In this document: piece by piece, positions 15,900-24,652 of the stretch | Layout of the letters: each line of letters starts with the position of its first letter | How positions within the stretch are numbered: position 1 is the stretch's first letter | NCBI GenBank assembly: GCA_023380415.1 | Contig: JAMCRC010000025.1 | Coordinates: forward strand, 1-56,238 | Length of the DNA: 56,238 nucleotides | Direction: 5' to 3' | Source: Patescibacteria group bacterium | Lineage (GTDB): Bacteria > Patescibacteriota > Minisyncoccia > UBA6257 > GWB1-50-10 | Position numbers and translations under genes: made by a program | Notes under the pieces: model-generated | The model's input: the letters and a program-made list of their open reading frames with translations, nothing else | Databases searched by the model: none | What the model was told of the DNA's origin: nothing

Positions 15900-17633
15900 T
15901 CAGCGGCCAAGGAATTTGAGGAGCTTGGCGAGCGGATAGGTATTGATTATGTCAGCCCTAGTCGCCCACCCCCTTCTGGCTTGGGCGATGCCGTATTTCA
16001 GAAAACCGAAGTGGCCGGCCGCGTGAGCGTCCGAATCAATGGACATTTTGACGCCCGCTCTGACGCACTCGCGAACGTATTCGTCGCTTAGATCCGCCCG
16101 TTCCGGAAGCGCGTCGATCTCGAGAACCGTCCCGGTGCGCTTCGCCTCGGCGATGACGGCCCTCATGTCCACATCGTAGGCCGGCCGCTTGCCGATGAGG
16201 CGCCCGGTGGGATGGAAGAGTATGTCGACATTCGGGTTTTTCATCGCCTTGATTATCCTTTCGGTCTGCTCCCTGCGAGGCAGGTCGAAGTGGGAATGGA
16301 CCGAAACGCCCACGACATCAAGGCCGGCCAGGGCTCGGTCCGGCAGGTCGAGCGAGCCATCCTTCAGGATATCGCATTCCGTGCCCTTTAAGATCCTGAA
16401 TTTGGCGTGCTGCTTCCGGTATTTAGCATTCAGCTCGTCGATCTCTTTCCCTTGTTTCGCAAGACGTTTTTCGTCGAGGCCGTGGGTCATGGCCAGACGC
16501 TTGGTATGGTCGGTGACCGCCATATACTCAAGTCCCGCCCTAATGGCCGCCCCGGCCATTTCCGCGATCGAGGCCTCGCCGTCCGTCCATTCGGATTGAG
16601 TTTGAAGATCGCCCTTGAGGTCTCCGTAGCCGATGATATCCGGAAGCTTTCCGGCGAGCGCCAGATCTATCTCTCCTCGATTCTCGCGCATCTCGGGAGG
16701 GACATATTCCATGCCGAAGGCCTTATAAAGCTCTTCTTCGGTACGGCCGGCCAGAAATTTGTCCCCTCGCCAAAGCCCGTACTCGTTTAGTTTCCAACCC
16801 CTCTTTTCGGCCATGGTCCGCAAGGCGACGTTATGCTCTTTGGAACCGGTGAAATAGTTCAAGGCCGAGCCGTATGACCCGTCGGGGACGACCCGCACAT
16901 CCACTTGGAGGCCGCTCGCCAAACGGACCATCGATTTCGTGTCGCCTTTCGCAAGCACTCTAGAGACATCCGGCATCTTGGTGAACGCATCCATCACCTT
17001 TTCCGGGTCGGAGGCCACGACAAGAAAGTCGGCGTCGCCGATCGTTTCCTTCATCCGCCGGGAAGATCCGGCCAGGGTCGCCTTTTTCACCCCTTTCACG
17101 CTTCGGAGCCGGCGTTCGATCTCCTCGAGCTCCGGCATGACATGCCCCAGAATGAAACGCTTGCCGCTCCCTTTAGCGAAATCCAGGCCTTTCGCGATGC
17201 GTTCCCCGCTCTTCTCTCCAAAACCTTTTAACCCCTGGACCTTGCCGGACCTCACGGCGCGTTCAAGGTCCTTCAAGTTCTTCACCTTTAGCTTTTTATA
17301 CAAAAAATAGATGCGTTTCGGCCCCAACCCCTCCACCCGGGAAAGCCCGGCCAAGTCCACCGGTACGGCCTTTCTAAGCTTGTCGTAATATTTCAGACGG
17401 CCGGTCTTTACGAGCTCCTCGATCTTCAAAGCGATGGCCTCGCCCACGCCCGGCACGCCCATCAAGGCCTTGAGCCCGCCCGCACCGTAGACGGCCGCCA
17501 CCTCCTGATTCAACCCGGCGATCCCTCCGGCCGCCCGGCGGTAGGCCGCCGGTTTCCAAGCGACGCCCTGCATCTCCAAGTAGTCGGCGATGTCCTCGAG
17601 AATCCGCGCGATCTCTTGGTTACCGATCTTCAT
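15900..17633 (-). CDS. polX: DNA polymerase X family protein with C-terminal PHP domain
   Basis: 577 aa. N-terminal HhH motifs (GVPGVGEAIALKI, VEGLGPKRIY), a pol-beta-like core (GSSRRMKETIGDADFLV), and PHP motifs (DHTKRL..., SVHSHF, DSDAH). Confidence 0.9.
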   Translation of the reverse strand: MKIGNQEIARILEDIADYLEMQGVAWKPAAYRRAAGGIAGLNQEVAAVYGAGGLKALMGVPGVGEAIALKIEELVKTGRLKYYDKLRKAVPVDLAGLSRVEGLGPKRIYFLYKKLKVKNLKDLERAVRSGKVQGLKGFGEKSGERIAKGLDFAKGSGKRFILGHVMPELEEIERRLRSVKGVKKATLAGSSRRMKETIGDADFLVVASDPEKVMDAFTKMPDVSRVLAKGDTKSMVRLASGLQVDVRVVPDGSYGSALNYFTGSKEHNVALRTMAEKRGWKLNEYGLWRGDKFLAGRTEEELYKAFGMEYVPPEMRENRGEIDLALAGKLPDIIGYGDLKGDLQTQSEWTDGEASIAEMAGAAIRAGLEYMAVTDHTKRLAMTHGLDEKRLAKQGKEIDELNAKYRKQHAKFRILKGTECDILKDGSLDLPDRALAGLDVVGVSVHSHFDLPRREQTERIIKAMKNPNVDILFHPTGRLIGKRPAYDVDMRAVIAEAKRTGTVLEIDALPERADLSDEYVRECVRAGVKMSIDSDAHAAGHFGFLKYGIAQARRGWATRADIINTYPLAKLLKFLGR

Positions 17634-17640
17634 GGGCAGA

Positions 17641-18321
17641 TCAAACCTTATCCACCGGCCTTTCGGGGTTGACCGCTTGAGGCGGGTTCCACTTCAACAT
17701 GTCTTTGCGGATGGAAAGGAAAAGCATGGAGATGGCGAGCGATATGACGCTGGCGGCGACGAAGAGGATCTGGAAACCGTAGCGGGAGGCCAAATAACCG
17801 CCCAAAGCGGCGGCGCCGGCCGTCGCAAGGCCGACCGAGATGACGCTTTCCAAACTCCATTCGAAGCTGATGCGCCATTTGTCCACGTGGCGGGTGAATA
17901 TGCCGTACCAGCTCGGGACCGCCCAAGCCATCAGGAATCCGTAGAGGGCCTGGACGAGATAAAGCTCCATCGGGGTGCGAACGAGGATATAAAGGAGAGG
18001 GACGAACGACTCGAGGAAATAGCCCCAGAACATGGCCCAAAAGGCCAAGACCTCACCGTTGCGACGGTCCAAAACCTTTGCGATCGGGAGCTGGAATATC
18101 GACTTCACTATCCAATAGACCGACGTGGCGAACCCGGCCACTTCGACCGATCCGCCGCCGATCTGATTCGTCACGAAGACGGCGAAGATCGGGGCGAACG
18201 ACCCGAAGGCGTAGTTGGTAAAAAAATCGACGACGACCATCGTCTTGACCACCCGGTTGAAATCCTTGAAGGACCTGAGGGCCTTCGTGAAAGAAAACTT
18301 AGCTGAACTTGAATTCTCCAT
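17641..18321 (-). CDS. half-size (6-TM) MFS-like transporter
   Basis: 226 aa with about 6 hydrophobic helices. Resembles the C-terminal half of an MFS permease. Its start overlaps the Clp-like gene's end by 23 nt. Confidence 0.65.
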   Translation of the reverse strand: MENSSSAKFSFTKALRSFKDFNRVVKTMVVVDFFTNYAFGSFAPIFAVFVTNQIGGGSVEVAGFATSVYWIVKSIFQLPIAKVLDRRNGEVLAFWAMFWGYFLESFVPLLYILVRTPMELYLVQALYGFLMAWAVPSWYGIFTRHVDKWRISFEWSLESVISVGLATAGAAALGGYLASRYGFQILFVAASVISLAISMLFLSIRKDMLKWNPPQAVNPERPVDKV

Positions 18322-20776
18322 TTTGGAAGCTTAATTGGATGCGATCGCCTCTCTTCACCTCCTCGCGAAGGATCTTTTCGGCCAGGACCGACCGGACCTT
18401 TTCTTCTATCGCGCCCCGCAAGGGACGGGCGCCGAAGACCGGACTCCAGCCGATCTGGACCAGGCCCTTGAGGGATGCTTCGTCGAAAACAAGGGTCATG
18501 CCGTTCGATTCCTTGAGCGCTTCGGCGAGCTCCTGCATCATCAAGCCCGCCACCAAGGCGAGCTCCGATGGCGTTAGTTCCCGGAAGACGATAATGTCCG
18601 AAAAACGGTTCAAGAGCTCCGGTTTGAAAACGCTGGTCAGCTTGTCCTTTATCTCGTCGGCGATCTCCGCCACCTTCTTCCCCTTCTCTATCTCCGATTT
18701 GATGTAATCGGAATTGGCGTTCGACGTGGCGATAATTATCGTATTCGTGAAATCCACGGTTCGGCCCAAGCTGTCCGTGAGCCGGCCGTCGTCGAACACC
18801 TGCAGGAAGAGGTTCAATATGTCCGGACTGGCCTTTTCGAACTCATCGAGAAGGACTAATTGGTACGGCTTCTCGCGTACCGCGTCCGTCAGGACCCCGG
18901 GACGGCTTCCGTCCGGGGCGCCGATGAAGCGCTCCAAACTGGATTTTTCCTGGAACTCGGTCATGTCGAAGCGCGAGAGGGCGCCGCGATCGCCGAACTG
19001 GACCTCGGCCAATATCTTGGCGAGCTCCGTCTTTCCCACGCCGGTGGGGCCGACGAAAAGGAACGATGCTATGGGGCCCCCTTTGCGCTTCAATCCCGCC
19101 CGGTATTCACGGAGGGCTCGGGACACGGCCGAAACGGCCGCTTCCTGGTCGATCAGCTTCTTGTGAATGGTGGTCTCGAGGCCCAGAAGTTCCCTGGCTT
19201 CCACCTGGCCGGCTCTTTGGATTGGGATGCGGCTCAATTTTTCCGCCAGAGCCGTGACATCGCTTCCCGTAACCGCTTTCCGCCGCATATCGGCGAGGGC
19301 GGCGATGGTCTGTTTCAAAAGATCGGTCGCGCTCCCCGGCAGAAGCTTTTGGGAGAAATAACGATGAGCGAGATCGACCGCCGCTTTGACCGCGCCGAAG
19401 GTGATGAAAGTGCGATTGGCCTTTTCGAGAAGCAGACTCTCGTAGATCAGGACCCGAACCGCATCTTCCTCCGCGATCTCATCCACCCGGACGACATCGA
19501 ATTGTTCCAGGAAATCGGTCCGCGGTTCGACGTACGCCTTGAACTCGCGCGGATAGGTCTCGGCGACCACCGGAATGCCGGCATCCCGAATGACCGGCAA
19601 TATCAGGTCGATGGCGTTCAACCCTCCCTTGTCGGCCGTCTTGAACCAATCATGAACGTTGGGCAGGAAAAGGACCACGTTCCCCGCCGTGACTATCTCT
19701 TCCGCAATGAGGCGCAGCCGTCCGGCCAGAACTTCCGCCGCGGCCCCGGCCAAAAGGCCGGCCACATCCAAGGAGACCAAGCGCTTATCGAAGAGGACCG
19801 GAGGCACGTCGTCCTTGATCATCCGGAAGGCCAAATGAGCGATCAGGGTGGACTTGCCGCTCCCCGGCTCGCCGACAAGGAGCGCGTTCGGCTTTCCGGG
19901 ACGAGCCACGACGTCCAAGAGGCCGTTGAATTCTTTCTCGTGGCCGATAAGAAGGCCGATCTTCTCGCGTCGCGCAAGGTCGGTGAGGTCGATGCCGAAT
20001 TGGTCCAAATTGGGCGTCGGTCGCGCCGTCCAGGCGCGATTCATCGTCCGATGGCGAAGGAAACGCGAGGCGTAGACGAAACCGCCGATCGTGGCCGGAA
20101 CCGAGCGGAGGCGCGAGAATCGGCGGCGGAAACGGCCGAAGATGACGGCCGTGGACGCGTCTTCGGTGCTGATATTCGCTGCATCGAAAAGCGATCGGAC
20201 CCTGGGGTCGGCCACGGAGAATAGGGCGCCGAACAAGCTGCGGCACTCGATGTAGGATTCGTTGGAGTCCACGGCGACCTGATAGGCCCGCAAGACGAAG
20301 TCGGCGACGGTCGCTTGGAGATCGGTCTCGCCGTTCCCTTGAGATAGAAGCCCTTCCAATTTCCCCTTAAGGTCGCCGATGTCGGCCTCGAGGCGCTTCA
20401 GGGTCTCGCGAACGTCACGCCGTTCGAGCAGGACCCATAAAAGGACCAGATGAAAGTCCTGATTGGTCACCGTGCTGCGCCTTCTCGCATAGGCCAAGGC
20501 GCGGGAGGCGGTCGGCGTAAGGGCCAGCGCCAAGTTCGCCCGGTTCTGCCGCTGCAATTCGAAGAGCGTTCTTTCTCCTTTTTTCGCGTGGTAGGCCCGA
20601 TCCAAAAGGAAGAGGGCGAGGAGCAGCCCCACGAAGAACAATTTGGTTTGGGGCGCCATAAGAAATACGACCGTCGCGACCGCAAGAACGATGTAGGCGC
20701 AGATAACGACGAGGCGGGCCAGGAAATCTCCGGCCGGATTCAGGCGAAAACGCTTGTCTTTGAAATATACTTCCAT
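18299..20776 (-). CDS. membrane-anchored Clp/Hsp100-family AAA+ ATPase (ClpC/ClpB-like)
   Basis: Track ORF trimmed to ATG 20776 (MEVYFKDKRF...). Two N-terminal TM helices and Clp_N-like repeats. D1 has GEPGSGKS; D2 has GPTGVGKTELAK plus LVLLDEFEKA. Sensor/Clp signature FRPEFLNR-like KPELLNRF. Confidence 0.85.
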   Translation of the reverse strand: MEVYFKDKRFRLNPAGDFLARLVVICAYIVLAVATVVFLMAPQTKLFFVGLLLALFLLDRAYHAKKGERTLFELQRQNRANLALALTPTASRALAYARRRSTVTNQDFHLVLLWVLLERRDVRETLKRLEADIGDLKGKLEGLLSQGNGETDLQATVADFVLRAYQVAVDSNESYIECRSLFGALFSVADPRVRSLFDAANISTEDASTAVIFGRFRRRFSRLRSVPATIGGFVYASRFLRHRTMNRAWTARPTPNLDQFGIDLTDLARREKIGLLIGHEKEFNGLLDVVARPGKPNALLVGEPGSGKSTLIAHLAFRMIKDDVPPVLFDKRLVSLDVAGLLAGAAAEVLAGRLRLIAEEIVTAGNVVLFLPNVHDWFKTADKGGLNAIDLILPVIRDAGIPVVAETYPREFKAYVEPRTDFLEQFDVVRVDEIAEEDAVRVLIYESLLLEKANRTFITFGAVKAAVDLAHRYFSQKLLPGSATDLLKQTIAALADMRRKAVTGSDVTALAEKLSRIPIQRAGQVEARELLGLETTIHKKLIDQEAAVSAVSRALREYRAGLKRKGGPIASFLFVGPTGVGKTELAKILAEVQFGDRGALSRFDMTEFQEKSSLERFIGAPDGSRPGVLTDAVREKPYQLVLLDEFEKASPDILNLFLQVFDDGRLTDSLGRTVDFTNTIIIATSNANSDYIKSEIEKGKKVAEIADEIKDKLTSVFKPELLNRFSDIIVFRELTPSELALVAGLMMQELAEALKESNGMTLVFDEASLKGLVQIGWSPVFGARPLRGAIEEKVRSVLAEKILREEVKRGDRIQLSFQNGEFKFS

Positions 20777-20778
20777 GT

Positions 20779-21114
20779 TCAAACGAATATCCTCGCGATC
20801 ACGTAGACCGGCAGTATCCACCAGATCGCGTAAACGGCGAGGGCGGCGATCCCCAAGACCAGATACACGGCCGTTCCGACCAAAAGCCGGAAGAGACGCA
20901 AAGGCAATCCGATCAATCGGCCGACGATCGAATAGTCCCCGTAGAGCGGCTCGAAGAAATGCTGCAACGTTATTTTGAAGGCCAAAACGCGGTCCAGGTC
21001 GCGGAACCGGTCGATCAGAAAATCGAAATAAACGCGGGCGCTTCCGAGATACCAATGCCGCAGGAATTCGGCGATCCGAAAGACGAATTGCTCGCTCAGA
21101 TACACAAAAACCAT
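20779..21114 (-). CDS. small integral membrane protein (111 aa)
   Basis: Alternative frame to the N-terminal extension of the long track ORF. Has hydrophobic helices (LVGTAVYLVLGIAALAVYAIWWILPVYVIA). Its stop is 2 nt before the Clp-like ATG (TGAACATG). Confidence 0.55.
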   Translation of the reverse strand: MVFVYLSEQFVFRIAEFLRHWYLGSARVYFDFLIDRFRDLDRVLAFKITLQHFFEPLYGDYSIVGRLIGLPLRLFRLLVGTAVYLVLGIAALAVYAIWWILPVYVIARIFV

Positions 21115-21163
21115 CGGGTTTATTATAGCCCAACCCTCAAAATAGCGCTAAAATCACGGATTT

Positions 21164-22525
21164 TCAGTTAGTGCCCTCGGCAGGAATCGAACCTGCACCT
21201 TCTCCTTCGGAGGGAGATATTCTATCCATTGGACTACGAGGGCCTATCCCCATGAGTATGCCTAAGGCCAACCAGAACATCAACTGTCCGCTCCAGAGGT
21301 CCCAATAAAAATGGTCCACGAGGCCGAAGATAAGCGCGCCGGAAACGAGGATCAAGGCGAACCAAGTGTCCGCATCCTTGCCACCCAGCCAAGCGCGGAA
21401 CTTGCCGTACACGAGCCAACCCAAGAAAAAAATGAGGGCGAGGAAACCGACGATCCCAGTATCGGCCAATGCCAAGAGATAAATGTCATGGATGGGCTGG
21501 GCCTGGAAGGCGTAATTCAAACCGAAAGCCCGATACCAACCGTTCCTCTCCGCCACCAAGACCTGGTTCTTGAGCCCAACGCCCAAAGGATACGCCTCCG
21601 GAAAATTCAAAAGCCCCATCTCATTGTAGATCACCCGATCCACGACCGACGGCTCTTCGGATGAAAACCCGGCGCGAGCGAATATGAGCCGGCCGCCGAC
21701 CGGGACCAAGAAAGCGCCGGCCGCCAGGAGAACGAAAATTACTGCCGTCGCCCGCCGCCTCAGGTCCTTTCGCCAGAGGCCGTACGCCACGAGAGCCGCG
21801 ACGGTGAGGCCGGCCACGATCCAACCCGATCGCGAAAAGGTGAATATAAGGCCAGCCAGGATGAAGAAGAGACCGGCCGCCAAACCGATGCGCGCCCACG
21901 GCCTTCTCGCCCGATACAAGAGGTAGACGGCCGCCACGAGGCCGAAACCGAGAAAGGCGGCGAGGATGTTCGCATGAGGCATCGTTCCGTAGCTTCTGAG
22001 GTAAGCGAGCCCGTTCGCCGCTACCCTGGCGATGCCCGGGGTGGTGAGCCCTATAACCGACTCGCCGAGCCACCTGAGCCCCAAACTGGTCTGGTCCCGG
22101 AACTGCAGCAGGGCCACGGCGCTTTGGAACACGGCGGAGGCGAAAAGGGCGGAGAAAACGGCGGTAAGGGACAGTTTCTTGCCGATGATGAGCGCGCTCA
22201 AAGAAAGGGCGAAGGCGAAGAGAAGAACGAGACGGGCAAGGCCGTAGGCGGCGAGGAGCGGCGAGAACGACCAGAACGTGGCGACGATGGCCGCTCCGGC
22301 GACGACCGCGAGCGGCTTTAGATACTTGGCGTGCCAATCCATCTCCCGAAGGCCCCAAAACGCAAGGAACACCAGGAGCAGCAGGTCGGTGCCGTAAAGG
22401 AATATCCCGAAATATTCCGAAACGACCGGCGTCGCGCTCCAAACGAACTTCTTGGCGTCGAAGGGAATGGAAAAAACCAAGAGCCAGAGGACGATATCCC
22501 GTAGATGGTGCCTGATCCAATTCAT
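21164..22525 (-). CDS. O-antigen ligase (Wzy_C/WaaL-like) family membrane protein
   Basis: 453 aa and polytopic. FTFSRSGW and HDIYLLALADTGIVG motifs are typical of the O-antigen ligase family. The last ~26 codons read through the tRNA-Arg gene (see finding). Confidence 0.8.
   Translation of the reverse strand: MNWIRHHLRDIVLWLLVFSIPFDAKKFVWSATPVVSEYFGIFLYGTDLLLLVFLAFWGLREMDWHAKYLKPLAVVAGAAIVATFWSFSPLLAAYGLARLVLLFAFALSLSALIIGKKLSLTAVFSALFASAVFQSAVALLQFRDQTSLGLRWLGESVIGLTTPGIARVAANGLAYLRSYGTMPHANILAAFLGFGLVAAVYLLYRARRPWARIGLAAGLFFILAGLIFTFSRSGWIVAGLTVAALVAYGLWRKDLRRRATAVIFVLLAAGAFLVPVGGRLIFARAGFSSEEPSVVDRVIYNEMGLLNFPEAYPLGVGLKNQVLVAERNGWYRAFGLNYAFQAQPIHDIYLLALADTGIVGFLALIFFLGWLVYGKFRAWLGGKDADTWFALILVSGALIFGLVDHFYWDLWSGQLMFWLALGILMGIGPRSPMDRISPSEGEGAGSIPAEGTN
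21172..21243 (-). tRNA. tRNA-Arg (anticodon CCG)
   Basis: Reverse complement: GCCCUCGUAGUCCAAUGGAUAGAAUAUCUCCCUCCGAAGGAGAAGGUGCAGGUUCGAUUCCUGCCGAGGGCA. Acceptor stem GCCCUCG/CGAGGGC, anticodon stem UCUCC/GGAGA, loop CUCCGAA, T-loop UUCGAUU. The D-stem has one C:A mismatch. CCA is not encoded. Confidence 0.9.
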
Positions 22526-23628
22526 GCCAAACTGATTATCTCATAGACCGCCGCGGCGAGGAAAATCGCATACAGCGCCCAGGAGACCGGCCGCCACCTG
22601 CTCCGAGGCACGAGCCGCCGCCAAATATGGACCACGAGGGCGCTGTCGAAAGCCAAGAAGAGCCCGCCCAAGAGGCCGATCACCGAGAGAAAATTATTAA
22701 GGCCCAAAAAGTAAAAAATGGGCGGGCCGGCGACGACCGCGAGCGCTCCCAAGACCTTTGGCCATTTGAGGTCCAGATCGAGCATCTCCTTGGCATTCAA
22801 TCCGATCACGATATACGACTTCCAAATGGCGACGAGGCCCATGACCCCGAGAACGGCAAGGGCCGCGGGCGGCAGGCCGGTAAGGCCGCTCAAGGTATCC
22901 GGGGTCGGATGGGACGTAAGACGCAGTACCCCGATGGCGAAAGCGAAATAAACGGCGGCCGCGAGGAACGTTCCCCAGAAAGCTACTCGGCCGATCGAGA
23001 ATGGCGCGCCGGCCTTGGCGCTCTCGCGCTCCTTTTCCACGACCTGGGCCATGGCCGAACGTCCGGCGAGAGAAAAAAGGAGCGGTCCGAACGGCAGGAA
23101 GACGAGCGGCCAGTTCAGGGCCGGCGGCCAGACCTGCGCCCCGAGCGGACCGGACCCGAAACCGAAGACGACGGCGATAAAAGCGACAAGGGCGGCGACG
23201 CCGAAAAATTCCGTCCAACCGACCACGCTCAAACGGAAGAAAATAAAGAGCGAACCGAGGGCCCAAAATACCAAGAGCACCGGCCGGGCGGCGACGCCGA
23301 AGATCAGCGCGCCGAAGGCCGGCGCGAGGATCAAATAGACCGTGAGAATGAGCAGGAACTCGGCGAGAACGACGATGCTCGACGCCTGCGAGGCCCAAGG
23401 GTTCATGCTCTCGCGGAGGAAGTACAGGAAATTATGTCCGGGGGGAGCCGTTTTGAGCGCCTCCCCATAAAACAGATGGACTAAAAAGTACACCAGGCCG
23501 AAGAACAACAGGTAAGCTGCGGCGAGCACGAGACCGACCTGTCCCAAAATATAGGGTAAAGAAAAAATACCGGCACCAAGAATGGTGCCCGCGAGTATCG
23601 TGACCGATATGAGGAAACTCTTGTTCAT
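22522..23628 (-). CDS. amino acid permease-like transporter (Aa_trans / aromatic amino acid permease type)
   Basis: 368 aa with about 10-11 TM helices. N-terminal ILGAGIFSLPY motif. 4-nt overlap with the downstream gene. Confidence 0.75.
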   Translation of the reverse strand: MNKSFLISVTILAGTILGAGIFSLPYILGQVGLVLAAAYLLFFGLVYFLVHLFYGEALKTAPPGHNFLYFLRESMNPWASQASSIVVLAEFLLILTVYLILAPAFGALIFGVAARPVLLVFWALGSLFIFFRLSVVGWTEFFGVAALVAFIAVVFGFGSGPLGAQVWPPALNWPLVFLPFGPLLFSLAGRSAMAQVVEKERESAKAGAPFSIGRVAFWGTFLAAAVYFAFAIGVLRLTSHPTPDTLSGLTGLPPAALAVLGVMGLVAIWKSYIVIGLNAKEMLDLDLKWPKVLGALAVVAGPPIFYFLGLNNFLSVIGLLGGLFLAFDSALVVHIWRRLVPRSRWRPVSWALYAIFLAAAVYEIISLA

Positions 23629-23690
23629 TCTAAAAACCGCACGCCCGAGACGACTTGGGTCTTTAAAAACGCAGGTCGGGGAACCAAAAC

Positions 23691-23981
23691 CTAAGCCACG
23701 AGGTACACCTCGTCGCCTTCGCGCACCTTGTCCCGCACCTTGATGCCGACCTCCTGGTTCTTCTTGGCCTCGGGGATGGACTCGTGATTGAACTGGATCG
23801 ATCCCACGATGTCCTCAAAATCCGTCGTGGCTCCCTTGAATCGGAGCTTAGCGCCGGTCGCGATCGGTACGCCGCACTTAACGATGGCCACGCCTATTCC
23901 TCCGTAGAAATGGGTCACGATGCCGATCGGCTTGCCCAATTGGCCGCCCTCTTTTTTAGATTTAAGAAAATTGAACATCAT
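23691..23981 (-). CDS. small EF-Tu domain-2-like beta-barrel protein (hypothetical)
   Basis: 96 aa. GKPIGIVTHFYGGIGVAIVKC...GDEVYLV resembles the so-called translation elongation factor-like proteins. Confidence 0.55.
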   Translation of the reverse strand: MMFNFLKSKKEGGQLGKPIGIVTHFYGGIGVAIVKCGVPIATGAKLRFKGATTDFEDIVGSIQFNHESIPEAKKNQEVGIKVRDKVREGDEVYLVA

Positions 23982-23988
23982 CGTTCAT

Positions 23989-24624
23989 TTAAAGAACGCG
24001 ACCTTTGAGGCCGTTCTTAGCCTCCGCCTCCCCGATCAGTTTCTCCACTTTATCCAAAAGGCGCGACGGGTCATCGTCGAAAACGACGGTCCCCAACCCC
24101 CGGTGGGCGTTCTCAAGAATGCCGCGGATCATATCGGCCGTTCCGCCCGTCCCCTCAAGGACCCCGATTGGTTTATGGTCCTCGAAGGCGATCGTGAACT
24201 CGTTCAAGGTTCCCGTCCGGCCGCAGATGGTGATGACGGCATCCGCGGAACGCGTGAGAAGCAGGTTCCGGCCGGAATAATCGAAACCGGTATAGACGAT
24301 GAGATCGTGGTAATCGAGAGGCAGATGGTACGTCTTCACATGGGCCGTTTTCGAGGCCGCCGGCGATATCCCGATAACGATGCCGCCCGCATCCTTCGCG
24401 CCCTTAGCGGCGAAATAGGGCACGCCGATCGTCGCGCCGGTCACGAGGATATGGCCGCGGCGGGCGATCTCCGCTCCGATCGCCTCCGCTTTTTCGAGCG
24501 TCCCGCGCGTGCAATGGCCCGTCTCGGCCGCGCCGGAAACGCAGAATTTGTACTTCAGATGGTAAGCGTGATTGCGATTGCGGCCGCTCAATATCTCTTT
24601 TTCGGTTATTTTTTTTCTTGGCAT
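23989..24624 (-). CDS. TIGR00725 / LOG (SLOG) family Rossmann-fold protein
   Basis: 211 aa. VSGAAETG..., ILVTGATIGVP, and ICGRTGTLNEF (a variant of PGGxGTxxE). Confidence 0.7.
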   Translation of the reverse strand: MPRKKITEKEILSGRNRNHAYHLKYKFCVSGAAETGHCTRGTLEKAEAIGAEIARRGHILVTGATIGVPYFAAKGAKDAGGIVIGISPAASKTAHVKTYHLPLDYHDLIVYTGFDYSGRNLLLTRSADAVITICGRTGTLNEFTIAFEDHKPIGVLEGTGGTADMIRGILENAHRGLGTVVFDDDPSRLLDKVEKLIGEAEAKNGLKGRVL

Positions 24625-24652
24625 GCTGGTTTGATATGTCGGATTTATTTGA

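Noticed and set aside
20777-21133. The N-terminal 119 codons of the 944-aa track ORF for the Clp-like protein.
   Set aside because: This part is Arg/Pro-rich and not protein-like. A different frame there encodes a convincing 111-aa membrane protein that ends 2 nt before ATG 20776.
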